From: Eledone cirrhosa
Taxonomy: Eukaryota
NCBI GenBank assembly: GCA_964016885.1
Contig: OZ024741.1
Coordinates: 164,114,001 to 164,178,000 of the forward strand
Direction of reading: 5' to 3'
DNA length: 64,000 bases
Part shown: positions 13,673 through 29,880 of the stretch, piece after piece
Position numbering within the stretch: the stretch's first letter is position 1
How the letters are laid out: each line of letters begins with the position of its first letter
Made by a program: the position numbers and the translations under genes
The notes under the pieces: generated by a model
What the model was told of the DNA's origin: nothing
Database searches by the model: none
Seen by the model: only the letters and a program-made list of their open reading frames with translations

Positions 13673-14151
13673 CTATTCTCAGTTAAGTCTCCAGGCAATG
13701 CGCGGACACTGGCGGCTCATATAAAAATAATAATAATTCGGTAGATCGAACAGCTTGCGAGGACTGGATTCTATGTACCGAAATTCTCACTGCTTCAAGT
13801 CAAATGGCCGATTCTAAAGAATCAATCACGTGACACAGAGGCTAGTTAGAAGGAATGGGATGGTAAGATGACTGACGCCTACTAACACCCCAAAAAAAAA
13901 AAATTTTTTTAGAAGTGGTTTTGACAAGTTTGCTCGACAAATCAGTGATTTGGAGATAAATATAGATAATTAAATATATCAACTAACATAAGCGCACAGA
14001 TGCACGCCCATGCCAGCAAATACACAGGTTATGTCATAGTACCTAGGTGGTTCAATGCAGGAGAATGCAGAACAATAATATAAAGGACGTAAAATAAGAA
14101 AATATTTTTTTAAAAAAATTTTAAAAAAGTTTTTTACTTACTTAAATTTCC

Positions 14152-14233
14152 ACTTCAACTAATTAGTTTCTGCAATGGGATAAAGACAGTTACGTAATCC
14201 AACTGTCGAGAATTCATTGCGTCATCAGGGAGT
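14152..14233 (-). ncRNA. Type I hammerhead ribozyme (one stem I mismatch)
   Basis: Same as 13591-13672 at +561. The 3' strand of stem I is GAAGT. Confidence 0.8.
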
Positions 14234-14712
14234 CTATTCACAGTTAAGTCTCCAGGCAATGCGCGGACACTGGCGGCTCATATAAAAATAATAATAATTC
14301 GGTAGATCGAACAGCTTGCGAGGACTGGATTCTATGTACCGAAATTCTCACTGCTTCAAGTCAAATGGCCGATTCTAAAGAATCAATCACGTGACACAGA
14401 GGCTAGTTAGAAGGAATGGGATGGTAAGATGACTGACGCCTACTAACACCCCAAAAAAAAAAAATTTTTTTAGAAGTGGTTTTGACAAGTTTGCTCGACA
14501 AATCAGTGATTTGGAGATAAATATAGATAATTAAATATATCAACTAACATAAGCGCACAGATGCACGCCCATGCCAGCAAATACACAGGTTATGTCATAG
14601 TACCTAGGTGGTTCAATGCAGGAGAATGCAGAACAATAATATAAAGGACGTAAAATAAGAAAATATTTTTTTAAAAAAATTTTAAAAAAATTTTTTACTT
14701 ACTTAAATTTCC

Positions 14713-14794
14713 ACTCCAACTAATTAGTTTCTGCAATGGGATAAAGACAGTTACGTAATCCAACTGTCGAGAATTCATTGCGTCATCAGGGAGT
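14713..14794 (-). ncRNA. Type I hammerhead ribozyme
   Basis: Same as 13591-13672 at +1122. The array ends 1 nt beyond stem I. Confidence 0.85.
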
Positions 14795-14849
<55 letters not shown>

Positions 14850-17053
14850 CTTATATGGTCATTAAAAGACAAAAGCTTAAAATACTCGATTTCTTGGGCG
14901 AAGTTGTGTAATAGAAGAATTTATTTGAATTCTTCAATATCACCTAACTGCAACCTCTGTACCATGGAGACTCTTTTAATAATTACTAATTATGAAAATT
15001 TAATTAACAAAAAAAGTGAATTATTCTCAAACTGCCTTCATAAAGCTTTGTCTACATTCCAAGCCTCGCAAAAAGTCAGCAAAAACACTAAATAAACAGG
15101 TTCTAATTTTTGACGTCTCTTATCAACTGTGTACCTAAAAGGTTATAACAGATTATAAAACTTTAATAATTTTTATTTTTTATTCTTTTATGATGTGATT
15201 AATGTTAGATTAAAGGGTCCTGTTTGGGTATATAAACATATTATTTGTTGTACATGATCTCTTGAGGAATGTGCATATCTTTTGATTGTTAAGATATATT
15301 TAATTTTTGACTGGGATTCTTGTATATTTTTTTAATATATGGCTTATACGCTTAACAGTTATAATGTACCGTAAATCATTCATGCATTTATGTTTTTGTA
15401 TATTTATTCATTTGGAGTATGTTTTACGATTCAGGAAGTTTGATTTATATATTTTTATTTATATATATTTACGGTATATGCGTCACACACTATACTAGTC
15501 GACAAATTTTTTTCCACTTAACTGGATGCAAAACTTCAATTATAACATTTATATTTGAACAAATCTGTATATCTAGTATAATAACATGCTTCTTGTTATA
15601 TTTATAAGTACTTTAAATACTTTAATGACTTTCTAGTGTTATAATCGTTAAATATTTTCTAAATATGTTTCTAAATTTTCTAAGTTATATAACGATTATT
15701 ATTTTATTTAATTTAATTAAATTTGGGTTACCTTAGGCTGTCTCTTTCTCGTGTTTGCAGACACATCATACTACTATATAAATTTATAAAAAAATTTAAG
15801 ATCGCAAACAATTCACTTTTTTACTTTGAATCAGATTCTTATCCGTATGATTCACGAAGTTTGACTTGTATATTTATAGTATATATGTGTTACATGACCT
15901 TATTATAATAATTGATCTAAAACCTTAATTTTTAAAATATTATCAATAACTTATTTATTATATTATGTTATATATAACTGATAGGTATAATCTTAAACTT
16001 TAGACAATATAATCTTTGTTTATATTTAGACAAATGCATATATCGAATTTAATAATAAACTTTTTTAAGTTTAATTATAAGGCCTTTTGATGCTTTAAGG
16101 CATTCTAATTGTTAATCTTAATTTTTAAAATTATAACTAATTATTTTATAAATTATATAATGCGAATTATCTTCAATATAATATAAATAATTAAATATAT
16201 TATAATAAAATTAATAAGAATTACCTTCGTGAGGATGAAAAACAGCATGTCTTCTTTCTCATGTTTGCAAATAGTTTAAATGTGAATTCATAAAATATGA
16301 TTTTATGAATTAAATATGATAGTATACTTTAATATTAATACAGATATTCATAAACTTTTATAGCCTGAAATATTATACACTTTGATTAATTCATTACTCT
16401 GAACTAACTTAAATGATTTGAAAGTTAACGGTCAACCGGATACGTTTGGATAGTATATATAACTAATTAACTAAGGAAAATAACCTTTATTAATTACACC
16501 CAGTTATATTTAGGATTTAGATTGATGAATACTTCTAGATAATTCAATAATTCAAATATTCGAGTTTACTCTTTCGCGTAGCTATGCCCAAATGTATAGT
16601 TATGTATAGATATATATAACTCATCCCTCCCTATAATTATAATTATTCCTCTTTGTCTCCCTTTCCTTGATCAATTCTCTTTTGCTCTCTATACCTCTAC
16701 TAGCTATATTTTCTCCTTATCTGTTTTCTCTCTGTCTTTCTTTTTTTTTCTTTGAATCTCTAACAGTTATGTAAATTACTGTTATGTATTTTTAAGCTTT
16801 CTTACACGCACCCTCTGTATTATATGTATTATATGTAAGTTTTTTTCATGTATCAATCTTAAGGTATATAAATATTGAGTTTTGTCATATCTTACTCATG
16901 ACTGGATCTTAAACATCTACTATGTCAGAGTATGTCATGCATCATCTTATTTTATCTGATGAGGACGTACTGTTGAAGTTAGCTCAGTACCTCTGAAATA
17001 TGTATAATAAGATATACTTGATCACAAGAAGTTCTATTTTTGTTAATTTTGAA

Positions 17054-17058
<5 letters not shown>
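14850..17058 (+). mobile_element. PLE 3' fragment (GIY-YIG C-terminus, long AT-rich 3' UTR, HHR)
   Basis: ORF 14904..15095 CNLCTMETLLI...LINKKSELFSNCLHK, with an HHR at the distal end. Confidence 0.7.
16949..17013 (+). ncRNA. Type I hammerhead ribozyme
   Basis: ATTTTAT-CTGATGA-GGACGTACTG..CAGTACCTCT-GAAA-TATGTA-TA-ATAAGAT. Confidence 0.8.
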
Positions 17059-17124
<66 letters not shown>

Positions 17125-17170
17125 TAAAATAACAGATTAAATTTTATTATTGGCAGTGGATAGGGTAGTG

Positions 17171-17530
17171 GATTGGCAGTACAAATAGAGGGTCGGACGC
17201 CAACCATAGAGTTACGGCCGTTGCCATTCTGAGTTCAAATCCCGCCTAGGTTAACTTTGTCTTTCATCCTTACGGGGTCGATTAAATAAAGTACCAGTAA
17301 TACACTGGGGTAATTGCTGGCCTTGTGCCAAAAGTAGAAACAATTATTGGCAGTATCCGTAGAGTGTCGGACACCATGCTTTGCAGCATAGAGTTACGCC
17401 CCTTTAGGATCTGAGTTCAAATCCCACCGAGGTTAACTTTGCCTTTCATCCTTACGGGGTCGATTAAATAAAGTACCAGTAATACACTGGGATAATTGCT
17501 GGCCTTGTGCCAAAAGTAGAAACAATTATT
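17171..17530 (+). mobile_element. Two tandem tRNA-derived SINE copies
   Basis: B-box GAGTTCAAATCCC and a shared body ending GTGCCAAAAGTAGAAACAATTATT, at 17171-17346 and 17347-17530. Confidence 0.8.
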
Positions 17531-17532
17531 AT

Positions 17533-19875
<2,343 letters not shown>

Positions 19876-19892
19876 GTGTGTGCGTGTGTGTA

Positions 19893-20000
19893 AAGGCGCG
19901 TGGATGAGTGGTTAGAGAATTCGCAAGCGTGTTGTGAGTTCGATTCCCGTACCGGGCGATGTGTTATGTCCTTGAGCAAGGCACTTTATTTTACGTTTCT
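19893..20000 (+). mobile_element. tRNA-derived SINE head (second family)
   Basis: A-box-like GTGGATGAGTGG, B-box GAGTTCGATTCC, and TGTCCTTGAGCAAGGCACTT. Confidence 0.65.
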
Positions 20001-20166
20001 CCTTCTGCCAGGATTTGCGACCGGTTGATAGTATTAACATTCGGAAACATTGTTTCCTCGGTCCGATTTGACAGGGTATGTACAGTTATTGTAATATATA
20101 TCGTATATCTATTACAATAATTGATATAACGTTTTTTTTTTAATATTTGAAAACGAATTTCTCAAT

Positions 20167-20230
<64 letters not shown>

Positions 20231-20235
<5 letters not shown>

Positions 20236-21060
20236 AAATGAAAATCCGAAGGCAAGGTAAAATTCCAATCATTTAATCACGACACATGTTTCAATAAGAG
20301 ATAGATCGATTGTGAAGCCATGATCTATTATCACTGATCTCATCAGGTGAAAATGAATTGTCTTCAAATTCTTGATATGAGGGAGAAAAAAACGATGTTC
20401 TCTCACAGAATTCATTCCCTCATATGGAGACACACCAGTCAGTCAGAGACACGGCGACTGCTATTAGCTTTAGTTGAGGTCATAAAATTGAGATTTGACC
20501 GACATAGCTTCTGTTGCTTTGTGAACTAACTTTCGGTGAGTGCTGTGTTGGTACATTCTTATATTTGTTTTATTATATTTGTTTTGTTCTCGGACATCGC
20601 TTCGGTGTGTGTGAAAGTGTGTGTACCCACCCACGCCAATTCTACGGGTTTAATACTGTGTTGATGTGTGTGTATATATATATGTATATATTTTTCTTTG
20701 ACCTCGAGCCGATGTAAGTGGGTGTGGAGTGTGTGTGTACCCACTCACTTTTAACAGATTTGATTGATGTCCAGCGTCTTTTGCAGCGATAGAAATCTGA
20801 AAACTTTTATGACCTCAACTAAAGCTAATAGCAGTCGCCGTGTCTCTGACTGGCTGGTGTTTCTCCATATGAGGGAATGAATTCTGTCGGAGAACATCGT
20901 TTTTTCTCCCTCATATCAAGAATTTGAAGACAATTCATTTTCACCTTATGAGATCAGTGATAATCGATCAGGGCTTCATAATCGATCTATCTCTTAATGA
21001 AACATGTGTCGTGATTAAATTATTGGAATTTTACCTTGCCTTCGGATTTTCATTTTGATA
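20231..21060. repeat. Fold-back element (~256-bp arms, ~320-bp spacer) with hammerheads
   Basis: 20231-20487 is the reverse complement of 20805-21060. Confidence 0.9.
20277..20350 (-). ncRNA. Type I hammerhead motif
   Basis: TCAC-CTGATGA-(long stem II)-GAAAC-ATGT-GTC|GTGA. The mirror copy at 20941-21014 has CTTATGA. Confidence 0.65.
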
Positions 21061-21197
21061 CTTATACTCTGTTTTACATCATCTAGCTGTTCCCTCGAAT
21101 TGAATTGGAGATATACAAAGGCGTGGAGAACTTAATATTGCTAACATAAAGATATTGGACCATTTTACACAACCAATAATGCACCTTACTATATAAC

Positions 21198-21245
<48 letters not shown>

Positions 21246-21311
21246 TTATTTATTTATATATCCATATATATATATATATATAGTTATGTAATAAACAACA
21301 TAAGATAATTA

Positions 21312-21372
21312 TTTCATTTACCAGTGGTTTCTTGAAAGCAAACGAAATTTGCTTTCATTCATCAGAATGAAA
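21312..21372 (-). ncRNA. Type I hammerhead ribozyme
   Basis: TTTCATT-CTGATGA-A-TGAAAGCAAA-TTTCG-TTTGCTTTCA-A-GAAA-CCACTGG-TA|AATGAAA. Confidence 0.88.
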
Positions 21373-21586
21373 AAATTCTGGTGTCTTTATTGGCCGGATT
21401 TTAAAAACAAAAATATAATCTATATGAAAGTGAGGCTGGAAAAAGAAGAAGGAGGGGAAAAGAAGAGAGAAAAAAAAAGAAGAGGAAAAAGAATAAATAT
21501 AAAAGTAGATAAACAGACATGCACACACACACACGCACGCACACACGCATATACATACATACATAGAAACACATACATATACACAT

Positions 21587-21633
<47 letters not shown>

Positions 21634-21688
21634 CATATATACATATATACATATATACATATATACACATACACACACATATATATAG

Positions 21689-21756
<68 letters not shown>

Positions 21757-22239
21757 CCATACATACACATACACACGCACATGCATATATATATTTTGGC
21801 TATCGTGTTGAGCTCTGCTGATAATCGAATCCAACCATGACCCTCCCCACTGAAAGTTTCGTGAAATAGTCTTTTCAAGACTATACAGAGCATTTGAAGT
21901 TTTTCCAAATTGAAGGATGAGTATTTTAAACTTTATTTTATCATGAGTTAAAGCTCTATTTATTTTTCCCTGGATTTCACTAAATGCTGTTGGATGAATC
22001 TATATCCTGATTCTTTTTTAATTGAGTTTGAATTATTTTTCCCACATCTTACGTTAACTATTTCCCCATTTTGACGCTATAGTCACTTATATATTATGGA
22101 ATACTGTTGGCTTCTTGCTACAATAATTTCTATACTTTCCATTTATATATATATATATATACACACACACAGTCATACATATATACACACACGTACATAC
22201 ACGCACATACATACACACATATATACACGCATACATACG

Positions 22240-22294
<55 letters not shown>

Positions 22295-22299
<5 letters not shown>

Positions 22300-22531
22300 G
22301 TGTATTGAGTTCAAAACTCAAGCATTCCTTTACAATGAAAATAGCTCAAAGAAAAAAATATTTCTGAGCCGTGTAAATTAATTTCTTTTACAATATAAAC
22401 ACAGATATGTTGGTATTTGTGTTTCATCATATATATTAATTTATATTTATTACACGGCTCAGAAATATTTTTTTCTTTGAGCTATTTTCATTGTAAAGGA
22501 ATGCTTGAGTTTTGAACTCAATACACTTAAT
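22295..22531. repeat. 82-bp-arm inverted repeat
   Basis: 22295-22376 is the reverse complement of 22450-22531. Confidence 0.88.
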
Positions 22532-22869
22532 ATAATTGCTCCTTAGGTTGAGCTGATAGTAGCCCCATATATACGGCTGTTATTTCTAGCAGTATGCGTA
22601 TGAGGCTGGCTAGAAACTGTAAAACCATGTGCGTTAAACAGTCTTTTAAAATATTTAGAAGTGAAGCATATCAATTTGTTCTGGGTGTTTTATAATAAAA
22701 ATAATAAACATTATTATAACGTTGACAGCGATACAGGAACGGACACAAATAAATAAACAAACACACGTGGTAAGCAATACACACATATTTACGCATACAC
22801 ATACATACATATAAATAAATACATACACACACACACATATATATAATTATAGATACATACACATACAAT

Positions 22870-22940
<71 letters not shown>

Positions 22941-22952
22941 GCATACATACAC

Positions 22953-23056
<104 letters not shown>

Positions 23057-23511
23057 CCGCATATATCTGTGTGTTTCTAAATATATTGTTCATAACTCCC
23101 TCTGGTCGAGTAATCTTTGAAGTGTGGTGACTGCTGGAAAGCTGCCATTACTCATACTTCTCGCCCCCTTCACCACCTCTTCTACGGCTTCGATATGAAT
23201 ACCCTCTCCGCCTCCGTGGTATTTTTTTCGGGGTTATAAGAAGCTTACCTCTGTTTCTTGACCGTTGTATCACGTGACTATCTCCCCCTCCGCCTTTTGG
23301 GATTCTTTCTCACATCATATAGACGCGTTCTTGAAGCTAGTAAAACGAGGTATCCTCTTGATAAGTCGGCAGACCTCGCAAAAACTCTATATCTTTATGA
23401 TGTATTGTTTTTGTTTATGCCACGAAACTACGTAGTCGAGGAATCTAGGAGCAGTTTAGGTATGATACATTTTATTACTAATTATATCTAAATGTTTCTT
23501 CTCTCTTCATA

Positions 23512-23556
<45 letters not shown>

Positions 23557-23754
23557 AGAAAATACATAAATATTATATATATATAAAAATAAAAAGGTGG
23601 AAGGGGTAAACAAATAGTTGGGAATACGACAGATAAATAAATAAATAGATAAAGGTATAAATGTTTATAGCTGATTTAGAGCACTCAACAAGCTCCTGGA
23701 GCAAATGATCAATGAAAATAAACATTTAATCACTCTGTATGTAATTAAGCACAT

Positions 23755-23877
<123 letters not shown>

Positions 23878-23952
23878 GGAGGTGAGTTTTATTGTAGTAC
23901 AATAAAACTGCACTATCCACAAGTGTTTTTTAGCCTTCATATCATGTCCTCC

Positions 23953-24023
23953 TGTTTTATCTGATGAAAACATAAATATTATTGCATGATGATGTTTGTT
24001 TTTGAAATGCACATAATAAAATA
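23953..24023 (+). ncRNA. Type I hammerhead motif in a solo pseudo-LTR
   Basis: TGTTTTAT-CTGATGA-AAACATAAATATTAT..GATGATGTTTGTTTTT-GAAA-TGCACA-TA-ATAAAATA. Confidence 0.65.
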
Positions 24024-24216
24024 CATGGAACTCCTTTAACCATCTTTTGATCTTATATATTATATATATATATATATACATACACACACATACACAACCA
24101 TACAAATACACATATATATACATATATATACATATATATACACATACATATATATATATACATATACATAGGAAAAAGTATGACCCCGACGGCAGAGCTC
24201 AAGCCGTTTCGACGGC

Positions 24217-24253
<37 letters not shown>

Positions 24254-24434
24254 ATACACATATATGAAAATATATAAAAAATAAATAACAGTAAAAAGTT
24301 AAAATACAAAGGGAGATAAGGGAGAAAAATAATAAAAGAGTACTGAAAGTGAGTTCAGAGAGAAATAAAAATCGTAGTGGATGTAAGGCGTAGAGAGCAG
24401 AGAAGAAGTTCAAGGTGGTTGAGTCATCGTAGGA

Positions 24435-26330
24435 ATGTCAATCCAGTTACAGATCAGATGTGATTTCAGGTGAGGACAACATCTGAAGATCTCGGTCTTG
24501 GAGTTCAGGCAAGTTGAAGTGGCTTTCAAGTTTTGTAAAATCCTAAATTTTTCCGTGGTACACAAAGAACAATTCTTTGTGCCCCTTTGGTACTCCCTCG
24601 AATGGTCTAAACTAGACCAATCGATAGAGTACGGGATGTTTTTATCCTTGAATTCTCACGCCTTTTTTGCGAGAGCCGTTGCTGTTCTTTTATCAGGGTG
24701 TTTAAAAGAAGCGACAAGTGCATAAAACCTGGTTTTGAACCTGTGCTGGGTCATGCCAACATATCGTTCACTCCTGGCTGGCTGGTTATTAACAAAAGGT
24801 GTCACTTTGGCCTCATATACAACGGATTTGGTGTTACATTTGCCCTGTAATGGGCATTCATCCGGCTTCCTGCAACTGCATCCTGGATTTATTCTCGTAC
24901 GATTAGAATTAGTGATGTTTTACTTCATTGATGGGCAGTAACTGATTTTAACTACATTTCTATTAAATATCTTATAATATCTATGATTAGGGAGAAAATG
25001 TTTATCTAAGAGGTCAAGGAATTTCCTTCCTACATTAGTTTTGACAGTTAGAGAGAAGGGGGGTGTAAACCAAATAATTTTCCTTTTCCTATTATTGTGA
25101 TTAGTTTTAGGGGGAGGAGTGGGTAAATACTTAATGTGTTCTGTAAAGCCGCTGTTATTAAGGGCTTTATTATAATAAGGGGCGGCTTTGTTAAAGATGT
25201 CTAGAGACGAAGATAAGGTAGAAATCCTACGGCTAATGTTGGGAATAAGATTTTTTTTAAACTATAGGGGGATGGCAAGACTCTTTGTGTATATATCTAA
25301 GATTTTTGTTAGGTTTATGATAAGGTTTAAAAGAGGCAGTAAGTAGATCAAGATTAATGTCAAGAAAGTTAGCATTGGTAAGGTTCGTATCTATAGTAAT
25401 TTTAAGGTTAAGACTAGCAAAAGTATTGATTAAATCTTTACGGAATTTATCAAGGTCATGGCCGTTGGTGGTATGAGAAACTGCCAATCCGTTGTCACGG
25501 TATAAACCGATATTATGGGAAGGAAATTTCTCTTTAGGGGTGTGGAGAAGGAATAATCCTACTAAGTCACACACATCCGCACTGTTATATGAACCCATTG
25601 CAACATCAAAAGAGTTTTCAGGGTTTGACTTTTTAACCCAACTACTTTCCTTAGTAAAGAGTAGAGTTTTCCTAACATGAAAGATGTCATCTTCTAATTT
25701 AGAAATATTAATGAAGGGTCTTGCAAAATCTAAGGCTTTGGTTAATAAGGAAACAGTAATAGGGGGATAAAAATCAACAATATCAAATTAGGTAAATCTA
25801 CACTTATTTTTACCTTGTATATTATTAAACCAAGAAATGACAGAGGATGTATTTAACCATTGTGATAAGTCAGTCTTAGTTCTAATTTGGAGAATTATTT
25901 TTCTTAAGATTTTTTTACTTGCAAGGCCAACTTCGGATTTAGCTGGGTTAATCAGTCTACAGCTAGGTCGATTAGTAAAGTCTAATTTATGGTCTTTAAG
26001 GGTAATATATTCTTTACGTTTAGCTAGGCTTTCAATCCGGATGTCTATATTTTAAAAACTAGCTAGTTCTTTAGCTTCTTTATTAATAGTATTGTAGGTG
26101 TTATTATTAGTTAATTGATATTTGTTGGTGATACTATTAGTTAAAAGTTGGTTATACAAAATAATATTAACTTCAAAGAGATTTTTAGTTTTATCGGAAA
26201 GAACAAAAGTGTTTGTAGAATTTTTAAAATTAGAAATATCGTTAGACAGTTTAGTTTGAAAATTATTATTGTACTTACGAAATTTGATATCACTAATTAA
26301 ATTAACTGGGTCTAATTCGAAGTTGGCCAT
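24435..26330 (-). pseudogene. Decayed PLE RT + GIY-YIG
   Basis: SDKTKNLF, CRLINPAKSEVG, MGSYNSADVCDLVGL, GLYRDN, ANFLDI, CSCRKPDECPLQGKC, YVGMT and CSLCTTE. Confidence 0.92.
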
Positions 26331-26376
26331 GCCTTTTTATTTTTATATATATATAATATTTATGTATTTTCTTATA

Positions 26377-26443
<67 letters not shown>

Positions 26444-26519
26444 ATGTATGCGAGTGTATATATATATATATATAATTGTATGTGTATATATGTGTATGTA
26501 TGTATATGTGTGTATGTAT

Positions 26520-26554
<35 letters not shown>

Positions 26555-26967
26555 TATGTATGTATGTGTATGCGTAAATATGTGTGTATTGCTTACCACG
26601 TGTGTTTGTTTATTTATTTGTGTCCGTTCCTGTATCGCTGTCAACGTTATAATAATGTTTATTATTTTTTATTTTCTTAAGTCGTATATTTTTTTATTTT
26701 GATGTGACGGCATTTTGCATTATTTTTTTATTATTATTTTCTTATAATTAATTGTGTACGTGCGTATGTAGGTGTGTGTACATATATCTATATATATGTG
26801 TGTGCGTATGTATGCGTGTATATATGTGTGTATGTATGTGCGTGTATGTACGTGTGTGTATATATGTATGACTGTGTGTGTGTATATATGTATATGTGTA
26901 TGTACGTGTGTGTATATATGTATGACTGTGTGTGTGTATATATATGTATGTGTATGTGTATGTATGG

Positions 26968-27007
<40 letters not shown>

Positions 27008-27073
27008 TATGTATGTATGTATGTATGTGCGTATATGTATATATGTGTGTGTATGTGTATATATGTATATATG

Positions 27074-27105
<32 letters not shown>

Positions 27106-27323
27106 CGTGTGTATGTGTATATGTATGTTTCTATGTATGTATGTATATGCGTGTGTGCGTGCGTGTGTGTGTGTGTGTGTCTGTTTATCTACTTTTATAT
27201 TTATTCTTTTTCTCTTCTTTTTTTTCTCTCTTCTTTTCCCCTCCATCTTCCTTTTCCAGTCTCACTTTCATATAGATTATATTTTTGTTTTTAAAATCCG
27301 GTCAATAAAGATACCAGGATTTT

Positions 27324-27384
27324 TTTCATTCTGATGAATGAAAGCAAATTTCGTTTGCTTTCAAGAAACCACTGGTAAATGAAA
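27324..27384 (+). ncRNA. Type I hammerhead ribozyme (inverted pseudo-LTR copy)
   Basis: Reverse complement of 21312-21372, with a 7-bp stem I and a perfect 10-bp stem II. Confidence 0.88.
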
Positions 27385-27504
27385 TAATTATCTTATGTTG
27401 TTTATTACATAACTATTAAGCTCTGTAACCTACATAGAGCACTCTTTTTTCCTGGACCTTTCCGACGGAATTACTTCATATACATATATATATATATATA
27501 TATA

Positions 27505-28435
27505 TAAGTTAAAACAATGAAATAAAAATTCAAGTCATTAGGAATATACTTCACTGCTTTACGATCGTTTCTAGGTGATAATAATACATCATACGCATAT
27601 TTCGTTATCGATCTATGTAAGGTTAGTTACAAAACATCAAATAAGGAATATATTTACCTACGTGTATATCGTCAGCCGTTGTCAAAAGCAATGAATATCA
27701 ATAGTAAATTGAGTTCTATGATCTTATTTGGAGGTAGCTGAAGAACAAACCAATCAAATGGTGTTTTGCCATATGATGTTAAGATGAAATATAACTCACT
27801 TTAGTTAAGGTGATGACCTTTTGAAAGGAAAGGTTGAATGGTGTTAAAAATAGAATTACTATGAAGAAACTATGAAGAAAAGGGATTGTTGTATTGATAG
27901 TGGAATGTAGATGGCGGTGTGAATGTTTAAAAAGGGATATAAAAATTGTTGTAAAAGGGATATAAAAGTTGTGTTGTATGGAGGTTTTAGGTGAATATAA
28001 ATAAAGAAATATAAAATATACGGAAATAATTAGGATAAATATAGATAGGTAAAGTAATGGTCATAACTAGGAAGGATAGTATATTAAAAGATGAAAATTA
28101 TAATAAGATAATAAAAAAATACAATAATATTTTAATATAATATAATGTAATATAATATAGTGCAGTATGGTACATTGTATATAGTATAGTATAGCGTATG
28201 ATGCATCATAAAATATAAAATAATAAATATTTTCAAGTGGGTCTATGTATAAGTAATCAATCCCTGATAAATACATCTTGACATATAGCCAAAACGCATA
28301 ATTTTCTTAGATCACAAAAGTACATATACTCACATATATAGATAGAGGTATAATTACATAGATACTCCATTAAAAACATACATATGCATACATAGATATA
28401 TACATATACATATACATACATACACGCACACATAG

Positions 28436-28530
<95 letters not shown>

Positions 28531-29240
28531 CATACATATACATATATACATATACACACATATACATGTACATACACATACACACACACACACACATACA
28601 CACATACATATCATACATACATAGATACATGTATACCCATGCAATTACAGGCGGTTATGTATCTTGATGCCCTTAGTCAGTAACGCATGAATCTGTGGAA
28701 GCTAAAAATTAAAAGTTTAAAAAATTAACAGGAAGGCTTATAATTAGAAGGGGATACTAACAAAAAGGTACGTCACATAGAGCTATAGTGAGCTGCTATT
28801 TAGAATGTTTAATTAGGTTTATAGTATTTAAATGTTTTTCGTATACGGTGATTACAAGCTATAATCAGTTCTTGTCTTTTATTCAATAAATCGTCCTTAG
28901 ATTTAGTAATTTCCAAGTTCTCTCCGGAACATAATCTGCATTCTCTCCTGTTCCCAAGATATGGAGTTCTTTGTAGAATGGTATCCCACGATAACTTGAA
29001 ATCTATTTTTTTCTTTTTATAGTTATCTACTGCTTCAGCTAAAGATGTGGTGTTAGCTAGTTTAGTATTGTTAAAGCTACTGGAGTGTGTGTAATATATT
29101 TTCTTAAATGTGTTCGATGTAGATCCTATATACGATTTGTTGGAGTCAATAGTAGACACGGCGCATTTATATATTACATTATTAATCAAACAGTTGCCAT
29201 TAAAGGGGCAAACGCTTCTATTTCTGCAATTACAACCAGT
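27505..29240 (-). mobile_element. PLE (Naiad type) 3' fragment: GIY-YIG + 3' UTR
   Basis: ORF 28809..29267 has CNCRNRSVCPFNGNCLINNVIYKC, YIGST, CRLCSGE, LLNKRQE and CNHR. Confidence 0.88.
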
Positions 29241-29404
29241 AGTATGTATATACATACATACATGCACACATATATATATGTACGCATAGGTTTACCGAAC
29301 ATTTATTATAATGCTCGGTTTGTTTGTAAACAAACATCCCGAAATTATTAGCCGTACAGTGTTCGGAAACCATTGTTGCCATTTTGTTCAACACTGACAA
29401 AGGA

Positions 29405-29447
29405 ACGATGAACTAGTTTCTAACTTATTAGCTGTCATCAGCACCGT
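29405..29447 (-). ncRNA. Minimal type I hammerhead
   Basis: ACGGTG-CTGATGA-C-AGCT-AATA-AGTT-A-GAAA-CTAG-TT|CATCGT. Confidence 0.78.
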
Positions 29448-29677
29448 ATACCTTTCTGTCGTTTGAAAGTATATACTTTCCTTATGCATATTAACGGCTG
29501 AGCAGCCTAATTTGCATATCGAGTGAGTTAGTCGGCCGGGCGTACAGAAAACGATAATGGAAAAAATGAAATTTCATTTCTCACTCTTAGTACGGCTGAT
29601 ACTTAAATATAAGTATGTATACGTCCATACATATATGCATACAGACATACAGTAGTATGTATATACATACATACATG

Positions 29678-29790
<113 letters not shown>

Positions 29791-29837
29791 GTATGGGTTT
29801 ACCGAACATTTATTATAATCAACTGACAGGAAGGTAC

Positions 29838-29880
29838 ACAGTGCTGATGACAGCTAATAAGCTAGAAACTAGTTCATCGT
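29838..29880 (+). ncRNA. Minimal type I hammerhead
   Basis: ACAGTG-CTGATGA-C-AGCT-AATA-AGCT-A-GAAA-CTAG-TT|CATCGT. Confidence 0.75.

Noticed and set aside
17171-17530. tRNA genes suggested by B-box motifs
   Set aside because: No cloverleaf. They continue into shared SINE bodies.
27554-27680. Possible HHR (CTGACGA...GAAAC-GATC-GTA) at the end of the 27505 PLE
   Set aside because: It is in the expected position, but stems I and II do not pair next to the core. Too decayed to call.
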